A stretch of 36,333 nt of DNA, from contig JANTFY010000002.1 in assembly GCA_024763185.1 (NCBI GenBank), forward strand, positions 1-36,333, written 5' to 3'. Both the position numbers and the translations under genes were made by a program. Shown one piece after another: positions 10,003 to 18,201 of this stretch. The notes beneath the pieces are model-generated. The model saw only the letters and a program-made list of their open reading frames with translations. It was not told where the DNA came from and did not search any database. The stretch is from Gammaproteobacteria bacterium. Its GTDB lineage: Bacteria > Pseudomonadota > Gammaproteobacteria > GCA-001735895. Position 1 is the stretch's first letter; every line of letters starts with the position of its first letter.

Positions 10003-11023
10003 CCGAAGTGAGTAATCGGGCGGTTAAATCCACGGCAGGGATCACTTTTTCATAGGCAATACGTGTCGGACCAATTACGCCCACTACGCCGATGACCTCG
10101 TTATTGACGCTATACGGCGCTCCAATCACCGCGCAATCGGATAACACGCTGTAACCGGATTCGCTGCCGATAAAGATTTCTACACCTTTGGCTTCTGAAC
10201 AGCCGTCAAGAATATGCAACAGGTCGCGCTTCTGGTTAAAGATTTCGAACAATTCACGCAAGGTCTTGATATCTGACAATTCGGCAAACTGTAACAGATT
10301 CGATTCGCCAGACATCAGTAACGCATCTTCGTCCGTCTCACCACACACCGCCCCCATCACTTCCAGCACCGATTCGGTAATTCGATTGACATCATCCCGA
10401 TGCTGTCTGATTTCAGCCAACAACTGGTTCTTGGCCTGTTTAAAATCATTGCCTATCAGGTAGTGACTCAACAGGCGTTCGATTTCGGTCAACTCCAGGT
10501 CACTATACTCGCGATCGGTCTGTATGACCTTGTTATGAACCTGATCGGCATTGACTACCAGTATTACCAGAATGCGCCGATCCGACAATTTCATGAACTC
10601 AATATGGCGAACCTTGACGTGGGCCTGTTTGGAAACACTGATCAGCCCCGTCAGGTGGGTCACCTGGGAAATCATGTTGGATGCGGTCTGTATCAGGTCG
10701 GTGGATGTCTTGTCCTCACTAAAAGCTTCATTCATCAAACGTTGTGCTGACTTTCCTAAATCCCTGACTTCCAATAAACTATCGATAAATAATCGGTACC
10801 CAGCCTGGGTCGGTATGCGTCCGGCTGATGTATGCGGAGAATCGACCAGGCCCATGTCTTCCAGTCGCGCCATGATATTGCGAATGGTTGCGGAACTGAC
10901 ATCGAGTCCTGAATGTTGCGCCAGGCTCTTGGAGCCTACGGGCTGACCATCGCTGGTATAGGACTGAATAAGATACCTGAGTAGTGTCTGGGCACGTTCG
11001 TCAAGATCGTAACTTTGTGTCAT
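9983..11023 (-). CDS. hrcA: Heat-inducible transcription repressor HrcA
   Basis: N-terminal winged-helix pattern ERAQTLLRYLIQSYTSDGQPVGSKSLA and a C-terminal GxIGPTRxxY motif. I chose the start at the internal ATG 11023 (MTQSYDLDER) by N-terminal length comparison; the track ORF extends to 11083. Confidence 0.9.
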   Translation of the reverse strand: MTQSYDLDERAQTLLRYLIQSYTSDGQPVGSKSLAQHSGLDVSSATIRNIMARLEDMGLVDSPHTSAGRIPTQAGYRLFIDSLLEVRDLGKSAQRLMNEAFSEDKTSTDLIQTASNMISQVTHLTGLISVSKQAHVKVRHIEFMKLSDRRILVILVVNADQVHNKVIQTDREYSDLELTEIERLLSHYLIGNDFKQAKNQLLAEIRQHRDDVNRITESVLEVMGAVCGETDEDALLMSGESNLLQFAELSDIKTLRELFEIFNQKRDLLHILDGCSEAKGVEIFIGSESGYSVLSDCAVIGAPYSVNNEVIGVVGVIGPTRIAYEKVIPAVDLTARLLTSALNTSK

Positions 11024-11097
11024 GGGTTTGTAATCGTAAATCGCGCTGCTTTCAAATCTGTAAATTGTAAACTGATAAACCATCCTGTAAATAGCTT

Positions 11098-11970
11098 ATG
11101 CTGAAGTCATCTTTTAACACCATCGGTTTAATTATACGCCAGCACAGCTCTGAGCATGGGGAGGCGATAGAGCAGATTTGCCATTCAATATCCAAACATG
11201 GTGAATTATTGATTCACCATCTGGATCAGGACATCGTACCTTCCTGTTATCCACCCTCACCCATTCGCCAAATCGGTGAACAGGCCGACCTGGTGGTATC
11301 TGTAGGTGGTGATGGTACATTACTGACCGCGGCCAGATATATGGTCGATTATGAAATTCCTCTGGTCGGTATCAACCTGGGCAGACTTGGATTTCTGGCC
11401 GATGTCACCATGGCTGAACTGGATCAGCATATCGCTTCAATCTTTAACGGGAACTACAGTGTCGAAAAACGTTTTCTGCTGGATGGTGAGATCCTGCTGG
11501 CGAACGCTGAGCAACAGACTCATCGAGCCCTGAATGACATTATTCTGCATAGCCACGAATCCATAAGCATGATCGAATTCGAAGTTTTTTCTGACGATCA
11601 ACTTATTAACAAACAACGTGCGGATGGCTTGATCGTGGCCACGCCAACGGGTTCTACGGCCTACGCCTTATCTGGAGGCGGCCCCATTCTTCATCCCGGG
11701 CTGGATACACTGGCTCTGGTCCCGATCTGCCCTCACACCCTGAGCAACCGCCCGATTGTATTACCTTCAGAACAGTGTATTGAAATTCGCCTGAGCAAAC
11801 CGGGAATGGAAGGTCGTTTGAGTTTTGACGGACAGACCCGGGGTATTCTGAACTTTGAGGATAAAATTAAAATAACCCGTCATCAGCGCGAAATCACACT
11901 GTTACACCCGGCCGATTATGATTACTTTCACATTTTACGAGCCAAACTCAACTGGAGTAACCAACCCTGA
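11098..11970 (+). CDS. nadK: NAD+ kinase
   Basis: GGDGTLL motif and the conserved ATPTGSTAYALSGGGPI segment. Lies divergent from hrcA-grpE, as in E. coli. Confidence 0.95.
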   Translation: MLKSSFNTIGLIIRQHSSEHGEAIEQICHSISKHGELLIHHLDQDIVPSCYPPSPIRQIGEQADLVVSVGGDGTLLTAARYMVDYEIPLVGINLGRLGFLADVTMAELDQHIASIFNGNYSVEKRFLLDGEILLANAEQQTHRALNDIILHSHESISMIEFEVFSDDQLINKQRADGLIVATPTGSTAYALSGGGPILHPGLDTLALVPICPHTLSNRPIVLPSEQCIEIRLSKPGMEGRLSFDGQTRGILNFEDKIKITRHQREITLLHPADYDYFHILRAKLNWSNQP

Positions 11971-13643
11971 TGCTGGATTCGATAGTCATTAACAATTTCA
12001 CCATTATCGATCGCAACCACATTGAGTTTAATCCCGGCATGACGGCCTTAACCGGTGAAACCGGTGCCGGTAAATCGATCTTACTGGATGCCATAAAACT
12101 GGTTCTGGGAGACCGCGCTGACAGTGACACGGTAAAAAGTGGTGCGGATAAAGCCGATATCACGGTGGGTTTTGATCTCACTTCACGTGAGCAGGCAAGG
12201 CATTGGTTAAAACAGAATGAACTGGACAATGACGGGGAATGTCTGATTCGGCGGGTTGTTCAGGCCAATGGACGCAGCAAGGCATTTATTAATGGCACCC
12301 CTGCGACGTTAAACCAACTAAAGATCCTGGGTGAAATGCTGGTGGATTTGCACGGCCAGCACGAACACCAGTCACTGCAAAAACCGCTCGTTCAACAGCA
12401 ATTGCTGGATGGCATGTTAGCGGACCAGGATCTGTTAACTGAAACCCGTTATCGCTTTGCCGAATGGAAACAATTGGCTGAACTGAAGGCCCAGGCGCTT
12501 GATCAATCTGCCGAGAAACAACAGCGTATCGATCTGTTAAAACTGTATACCCGTGAATTACAGGAGCTTGATTTAAAAGTCGGTGAGTTCCAGGACCTGC
12601 AGGACGAATACAACCGTTTATCCCATGCCGGCCAGATCATGCAGAGCATGTCTTCGATCATTGGCGATCTTTATGAACAGGAAGACTTTAATATCCAAAG
12701 CCGCTTATCGGCATGTTCATTGCTATTACAACAGCTCACCGAACTGGATTCCTCACTGGGTGAGCCGGACGAGTTGTTAAAAAATGCCCTGATACAAATT
12801 GAAGAAGCCGCATCGGAATTACGCAGCTATCACGACAACATTGATCTTGATCCTGCAAGACTGGACTGGTTAAACAACCGTATAAACGAGGCCCAGGGAT
12901 TGGCCAGAAAACATCAACTGGATGCTGATCAATTACCTGAATTCATGCAAAATCTGGAGCTGGAACTCGAACAGTTGCAGTTGAGTGAGCAGGATATTGA
13001 AAAAATCGATGAGCGCCTGAATGCTGCCGAACAGCAATATCTGTCAAGTGCACGCCAGCTATCGGACATGCGCAAGGAAACGGCGTTGAAATTGTCCGGG
13101 CAGATCAGTGCAGAAATGCAAACCCTGGGCATGCAGGGCGGACAATTTGAAATTCAGCTCACCCGCGATGAAAACCCGCAGCACTTCAGCCGCGATGGTG
13201 TCGACAAGATTGTTTTTCTGGTCAGTGCCAATCCCGGGCAGCCCCTGAAACCCATGAGCCGGGTTGCCTCGGGTGGAGAACTGTCTCGAATCAGTCTGGC
13301 CATACAGGTTATTTTAAGTGAGTCCAGCCTTATTCCGACCCTGATATTTGATGAAGTCGATAGTGGTATAGGTGGAGGTATTGCCGAGGTCGTCGGCCGT
13401 AAACTGCGCCAGATTGCCCTTAATCGCCAGGTTTTTTGTGTCACTCACCTGCCCCAGGTTGCATCGCAGGCGCATCATCACTACCAGGTCACGAAAACCA
13501 AAACGGATTCAACCACCACCACCGAGGTGGTAACGTTGGATCAGCAGCAACGCCTGGAAGAGATTGCCCGTATGCTTGGCGGTATGACCATCACCAACCA
13601 GACCCGTGCGCATGCCCAGGAAATGTTAGACAGTGTAGTCTGA
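11970..13643 (+). CDS. recN: DNA repair protein RecN
   Basis: 557 aa. Walker A GETGAGKS, a long central coiled coil, and a C-terminal SGGELSR signature with Walker B LIFDEVD. The start overlaps the nadK stop (TGATG). Confidence 0.97.
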   Translation: MLDSIVINNFTIIDRNHIEFNPGMTALTGETGAGKSILLDAIKLVLGDRADSDTVKSGADKADITVGFDLTSREQARHWLKQNELDNDGECLIRRVVQANGRSKAFINGTPATLNQLKILGEMLVDLHGQHEHQSLQKPLVQQQLLDGMLADQDLLTETRYRFAEWKQLAELKAQALDQSAEKQQRIDLLKLYTRELQELDLKVGEFQDLQDEYNRLSHAGQIMQSMSSIIGDLYEQEDFNIQSRLSACSLLLQQLTELDSSLGEPDELLKNALIQIEEAASELRSYHDNIDLDPARLDWLNNRINEAQGLARKHQLDADQLPEFMQNLELELEQLQLSEQDIEKIDERLNAAEQQYLSSARQLSDMRKETALKLSGQISAEMQTLGMQGGQFEIQLTRDENPQHFSRDGVDKIVFLVSANPGQPLKPMSRVASGGELSRISLAIQVILSESSLIPTLIFDEVDSGIGGGIAEVVGRKLRQIALNRQVFCVTHLPQVASQAHHHYQVTKTKTDSTTTTEVVTLDQQQRLEEIARMLGGMTITNQTRAHAQEMLDSVV

Positions 13644-13676
13644 TAACTGCCCCGCTAGTGCCTGAATTGTTTGCTA

Positions 13677-14078
13677 TTAATCTTCAAAGTGCCCGTATAA
13701 CACCATGGTATGATCAGTCACCTTGAAACCGTGCTCGCGGGCAATTTCCTTTTGTCTTTTTTCAATAACTTCGTCATAAAATTCGACCACTTTACCGGTT
13801 TTAACATCCACCAGATGATCATGATGTTCGCCATCGTTCAACTCAAAGATGGCATGCCCTCCTTCAAAATGATGTCTCGTCACCAGTCCGGCCGCTTCAA
13901 ATTGTGTCAAGACCCGGTATACCGTGGCCAGCGCAATTTCTTCACCCGCATCCAACAGCATTTTATAAATATCTTCCGCCTTGAGATGGCGTTCATTGTT
14001 GTTTTCCAGCAGATCCAGTATTTTCATCCTGGGTAATGTGACTTTTAAACCTGCTTTCTTTAATTCAGAAGTTTCCAT
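13677..14078 (-). CDS. fur: Ferric uptake regulator
   Basis: 133 aa with LKKAGLKVTLPRMKIL...HLKAEDIY...ATVYRVL...HHDHL. Confidence 0.95.
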   Translation of the reverse strand: METSELKKAGLKVTLPRMKILDLLENNNERHLKAEDIYKMLLDAGEEIALATVYRVLTQFEAAGLVTRHHFEGGHAIFELNDGEHHDHLVDVKTGKVVEFYDEVIEKRQKEIAREHGFKVTDHTMVLYGHFED

Positions 14079-14152
14079 AGCGATAGTTAGATTGCTGTTT
14101 ATGATGATGCCAGATAAACTCTGCGTGCTTTCAATAGAGAACCCAAACAGAC

Positions 14153-14458
14153 ATGCGTAAACTGGCTTTATTTTTTTCAGGATTTGTTATTATAACATTG
14201 CAGGCTTGTGTTTACCGCATGGATATTCCGCAAGGTAATGAAATTGATCCAGCCAGCCTGGATCAGTTAAAAATTGGCATGACCCGAAGCCAGGTTATTT
14301 ACCTGTTGGGGGATGCCGCCATCAATGATCACTATCATGCTAACCAGGCACATTACGTTTATTATCTATACAACGGCAAAGAAAAAACATCCGAAACAAA
14401 AACCTTGATCCTGACCTACCAGGACGACATTTTGACTAATATTGAAGGCTCAATGTAA
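14153..14458 (+). CDS. bamE: Outer membrane protein assembly factor BamE (SmpA/OmlA)
   Basis: 101 aa. Lipobox LQAC, then YRMDIPQGN...LKIGMTRSQV..LLG. Position is syntenic with E. coli recN-bamE. Confidence 0.9.
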   Translation: MRKLALFFSGFVIITLQACVYRMDIPQGNEIDPASLDQLKIGMTRSQVIYLLGDAAINDHYHANQAHYVYYLYNGKEKTSETKTLILTYQDDILTNIEGSM

Positions 14459-14472
14459 TCCCCAGCTCTGGA

Positions 14473-14811
14473 TTACTGTTCTTTTTCATCGTCCTGAGTT
14501 TCTTTACCACCACCTTTTTTGGTACGCAGGCCCTTGGCAGCGCGCTGCTTTCGTACTTCCTTGGGATCAGCGATTAAAGGACGATAAATTTCTATACGGT
14601 CACCATTTTCCATCTTATGATCGGGTCGCACCGCCTTACCGAATATACCTATATCACAAGCCTGTTTATCAATTTCAGGAAAGTACTGATCGATATCTGA
14701 CTGTATAACCGCTTCCCTGGGAGTGATGTCTGCTGGCACCGTGCTTTCCAGTATCATTTGGCGTTGTGGCGTTGCGTAGGCAATTTCAATCTGAATGGTC
14801 TCGTTTTGCAT
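14473..14811 (-). CDS. rnfH: RnfH/RatB (UPF0125) ubiquitin-fold protein
   Basis: 112 aa with IEIAYATPQRQ...GIFGK...L.DGDRIEIYRPL and a basic tail. Downstream of ratA, as in E. coli. Confidence 0.85.
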   Translation of the reverse strand: MQNETIQIEIAYATPQRQMILESTVPADITPREAVIQSDIDQYFPEIDKQACDIGIFGKAVRPDHKMENGDRIEIYRPLIADPKEVRKQRAAKGLRTKKGGGKETQDDEKEQ

Positions 14812-14814
14812 GAC

Positions 14815-15255
14815 TTATGGTTGATTTCTATAGAGTTGATGAGCGCGCTGGCAAAACGCATCCACCAGTGAGTTGGCAATCTGGGTAAAAAGCGGTCCAA
14901 TTAATGTACTGACGATGCGGTTGGAAAATTCAAAATCCAGTTTTAATTCTATCTTGCTGCCCTGTTCTGATAAATCGGTAAAACCCCAGTTTCCCTGTAG
15001 CACTTTAAAAGGTCCATTGACCAGGTTTATGTCTATGGATTTACCAGGTTGTAGCCGGTTTCGCGTGGTGAAACTGTGGTTGAGCCTGCCCTTTTTCATC
15101 GTTATAGAGGCTTCCATGGTGGTGTCTGATTGAGACAGTATTTCACTGTTGGCACACCAGGGTAAAAACTGAGGATAAGCTTCGACATCATTGACTATAT
15201 CGTACATCTGGTTGGCACTGTAGGGCATCAGTGCATGGCGGTAAATCGACGTCAT
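14815..15255 (-). CDS. ratA: SRPBCC/START-fold protein RatA (YfjG, Coq10-like)
   Basis: 146 aa with the pattern YSANQMYDIVNDVEAYPQFLPWC. Conserved ratA-rnfH pairing. Confidence 0.85.
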   Translation of the reverse strand: MTSIYRHALMPYSANQMYDIVNDVEAYPQFLPWCANSEILSQSDTTMEASITMKKGRLNHSFTTRNRLQPGKSIDINLVNGPFKVLQGNWGFTDLSEQGSKIELKLDFEFSNRIVSTLIGPLFTQIANSLVDAFCQRAHQLYRNQP

Positions 15256-16664
15256 TGGAAACGAATAAAACCCAGGGATGAAAGCAGGACAATAACCAAC
15301 AGAGTTGGGGCGATATAGCGAATCAATATGTTCCAGATTTCAAACAACTGTCTTTTTGACAAATCCAGTGCTTCGAAACTGGCAGAGCGAGGAATCACCC
15401 ACCCCACAAACAGGGCGAGAAACAGGGCCGCCAGTGGTTGCAGGAGATGACTGGAGATAAAAATAATCACATCGTGGAATCCGGCCTCATTAACTACCCG
15501 GTACGCTTCATCACCAAAATAAAGCGTCATGGTAAACCCGGTATCCTGCCACAGGCTGTAGGAAAAAATAGTCCCAAGGCCCAGCAACCAGACTAAAATA
15601 CCGAGCTGAATGGATGCCTTCAAGCGGCTGCATTTAAACTTCTCGCAATAATAAGTCAAAATGGCTTCCAGAATGGCAACAGCGGTGGTGATGGCCGCCA
15701 ACGTCAATAGCAGATAAAACAAGGCTCCAAATAAAGCCCCAAACTGGAACGATCCGAAAACAACGGGCAATACGCGAAAAGCCAGCTCATCTTCCAGCAC
15801 CGGTTCGAGATCAGCCGAAAACACCAGGGCGTTGATGGCCAGCCCGGTAAATATGGAAAATAAAAAATCAATCACAATTATCTGTGTCGCGGCATAACCA
15901 ATCGACACATCTTCGTCGAGATAGGCGCCATAGATCACCATTACACCCAACCCAAGTGCCAGCGTATAAAAAGCACGCTGCAGGGCCAATAATGGCATAT
16001 TGGCATCCACACGTGACCAGTCCGGATACAGGATATATTCAATGCTTTCGGTCATCCCGCTGGAATAGGACGCATAAATCAAGCCGATAACCAGCAATAA
16101 AAGCATCGCTGGCACCAACACGATGAATATTTTTTGCAGGCCGTTTTTTAAATCTCTTGCTCCGATGGCAATCATCAATAAAACAAACAAGGTATGCCAC
16201 AACATCATCGATTCAGAATCAGCCTGGAAATTTCTGAACAGCGCATTGACGCCATCCACGGTAGCGCCACTATAAACACCAAGGCCTGTTTTGAAAAAAT
16301 AGGCCAATGACCAGCCGGATACCACGCTGTAGGAAGACAGAATCAAAAAACCGGCAAACAGTGAAAAAATGCCGATGAATTTCCAGAAAATGGAAGCCTT
16401 GTATTGCGCAGCCGTTCTATCGAAAGCATCGACGATGTTACCCCGGCTCATGCGTCCCAGCATAAACTCACTCATTAACAACGGCAGGCCGAGTAACAGC
16501 AGAAACAAGGAATACAATAATAAAAATGCACCGCCGCCATTCTCTCCAGCCATCACCGGAAAAGTCAGGAAATCACGCAGACTGATCGTTGCACCGGCAG
16601 CAATCACCACAAAAGTGGAATGCCCGCGCCAGAAAAACAATGAATTTTTATTATTCGATGCCAT
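15252..16664 (-). CDS. Neurotransmitter:sodium symporter (NSS/SNF) family transporter, divergent TM1
   Basis: 470 aa, multi-TM. The N-terminal segment FPVMAGENGGGAFLLLY matches the NSS TM1-TM2 region. The stop overlaps the ratA start (ATGA). Confidence 0.8.
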   Translation of the reverse strand: MASNNKNSLFFWRGHSTFVVIAAGATISLRDFLTFPVMAGENGGGAFLLLYSLFLLLLGLPLLMSEFMLGRMSRGNIVDAFDRTAAQYKASIFWKFIGIFSLFAGFLILSSYSVVSGWSLAYFFKTGLGVYSGATVDGVNALFRNFQADSESMMLWHTLFVLLMIAIGARDLKNGLQKIFIVLVPAMLLLLVIGLIYASYSSGMTESIEYILYPDWSRVDANMPLLALQRAFYTLALGLGVMVIYGAYLDEDVSIGYAATQIIVIDFLFSIFTGLAINALVFSADLEPVLEDELAFRVLPVVFGSFQFGALFGALFYLLLTLAAITTAVAILEAILTYYCEKFKCSRLKASIQLGILVWLLGLGTIFSYSLWQDTGFTMTLYFGDEAYRVVNEAGFHDVIIFISSHLLQPLAALFLALFVGWVIPRSASFEALDLSKRQLFEIWNILIRYIAPTLLVIVLLSSLGFIRFQ

Positions 16665-16721
16665 AAATAAGCTTGTCAGACCGGGCAGATTATTATCCTG
16701 AACTAAGTTAAAGGAGTAAAC

Positions 16722-16760
16722 CCAAATAAAAAAGCCCCAACTAGTAATTAGTTAGGGCTT
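16722..16760 (-). terminator. Rho-independent terminator of tRNA-Ser
   Basis: The minus strand reads GCCCTAACTAATTACTAGTTGGGGC followed by TTTTTTATTT, immediately 3' of the tRNA. Confidence 0.7.
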
Positions 16761-16765
16761 AAGTA

Positions 16766-16853
16766 TGGCGGAGAGCGAGGGATTCGAACCCCCGGACGGT
16801 TTCCCGTCAACGGTTTTCAAGACCGCCGCTTTCGACCACTCAGCCAGCTCTCC
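16766..16853 (-). tRNA. tRNA-Ser (anticodon UGA), CCA encoded
   Basis: Folded by hand: acceptor GGAGAGC/GCTCTCC, anticodon arm GCGGT-CTTGAAA-ACCGT (anticodon TGA), long variable arm (TGACGGGAAACCGTC), T-loop GGTTCGAATCC, discriminator G plus CCA. 88 nt. Confidence 0.9.
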
Positions 16854-17193
16854 TGTTTTTTAAATTGTATGTCTGGATAACCAAAGTTTATTGTCTATTC
16901 AGCTATCTCAAGCGCTGTCGAAACCTTGTTTCGAGCATGTTATGCGTGTCCGAAGGCGCGCTATTATAAACATTTCCAGAATAGAGTCATCCATTTTTTC
17001 TGTTAGCGCAACATTGAAATATCAGCAATTGGGCTTATTTAATTTACTGTGCAAATGATATTCTTATTTTAAATAACTTAGTTTTTGTAAGTGTTTGTTT
17101 TTTAATCATGTTTTAATACTTGATATGCTAGTCTACGGAACCTAGAATAGCTTAAACGTGTCTTAGCACTATATTTACTTACAGGAGAACATA

Positions 17194-17856
17194 ATGCAAT
17201 TGAACACTACTATCGCACGCTCTGAAGCGTCGATTCTACAAACCAACAAGGTGATACGAAACACCTATATTCTGCTTTCCATGACACTGTTGTTCAGTGC
17301 CGTAACTGCAACAGTCGGTGTTCTCACCGGTGCTTCATTTGGCATGGCCCTGGGCGCTGACATTGTCGCAATTGTTATGTTGTGGTTTGTTTTACCCAAA
17401 ACGGCCAACTCGGCCTCGGGTATTCCAACCATTTTCGCCATTACCGGTTTACTCGGATATGGTCTGGGTCCGGTCCTAAGTCATTACCTGGCAGTGAACC
17501 CATCCATTGTAATGACTGCTTTAGGCGGTACCGGGGCCATTTTCCTGGCTTTGTCGGGTTATACACTGACCACCCGTAAAGATTTCAGTTTTATGGGCGG
17601 CTTTTTAATGGTCGGCCTTTTTGTTGTTCTAGGCGCGGCACTGTTAAATATCTTTTTCGCCTGGCCGGCACTTTTCCTGGCGGTCAATGCTGGCATCATT
17701 CTGGTCATGAGTGGCTTAATTTTGTACGAAACTTCTTCCATTATTCATGGTGGAGAGACCAATTATATTATGGCCACAGCCAGTTTGTTTCTGTCAATCT
17801 TAAACCTGTTCCAGGCCCTGTTACATCTTCTGGGTGCTTTTTCAGGCGATGATTAA
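17194..17856 (+). CDS. BAX inhibitor-1/YccA family membrane protein
   Basis: 220 aa with 7 predicted TM segments. N-terminal NKVIRNTYILLSMTLLFSAVTA is typical of YccA/BI-1. GGAG RBS 8 nt upstream. Confidence 0.85.
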   Translation: MQLNTTIARSEASILQTNKVIRNTYILLSMTLLFSAVTATVGVLTGASFGMALGADIVAIVMLWFVLPKTANSASGIPTIFAITGLLGYGLGPVLSHYLAVNPSIVMTALGGTGAIFLALSGYTLTTRKDFSFMGGFLMVGLFVVLGAALLNIFFAWPALFLAVNAGIILVMSGLILYETSSIIHGGETNYIMATASLFLSILNLFQALLHLLGAFSGDD

Positions 17857-17887
17857 ACGTCATTAATCAGACGAAACTTCATACCAT

Positions 17888-17916
17888 GGCCGCTTTTAAG
17901 AAGCGGCCTTTTTTAT
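17888..17916 (+). terminator. Rho-independent terminator after the YccA-like gene
   Basis: GGCCGCTT-ttaag-AAGCGGCC followed by TTTTTT. Confidence 0.8.
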
Positions 17917-17934
17917 TGTTACGGGGAACAAATT

Positions 17935-18117
17935 ATGGACTGGTTGAAAATAGTGTCCGCTTTAATGCTGGTGGCAATGATGTTTATGCTCTATCCCAGC
18001 CTTAAACATGCAACCAAAAACTCTCCTGATGCCAGCAAGGAAGATTGGCTGTCAGTCATTAAACCACTGGTGTTTGTGGTTGTTTTTGTTATCGCATTGA
18101 TCATTCTGGTGCGCTGA
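17935..18117 (+). CDS. Small two-TM membrane protein, unknown function
   Basis: 60 aa with two hydrophobic helices separated by a polar loop. GGGGAA lies about 7 nt upstream of the ATG. Confidence 0.45.
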   Translation: MDWLKIVSALMLVAMMFMLYPSLKHATKNSPDASKEDWLSVIKPLVFVVVFVIALIILVR

Positions 18118-18201
18118 ATGATGCCAAGGACAGCTCCCTAAGAAGACTAAGAAGCGAGTTTTTATTAACCCATTGGCCTTAGAAGCGGTTTTTGAATCAG
18201 T

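Noticed and set aside
14097-14119. Inverted repeat GTTTAT-N11-ATAAAC with a TGATGATG core in the fur-bamE spacer, considered as a Fur box.
   Set aside because: It matches the 19-bp Fur consensus (GATAATGATAATCATTATC) poorly. I cannot distinguish it from chance in AT-rich promoter DNA without a matrix scan.
17163-17170. TTAGCACT, a CIRCE left half-site, upstream of the YccA-like gene.
   Set aside because: No GAGTGCTAA partner follows 9 nt downstream (the sequence there is tacaggaga). A single half-site is not a functional HrcA operator.
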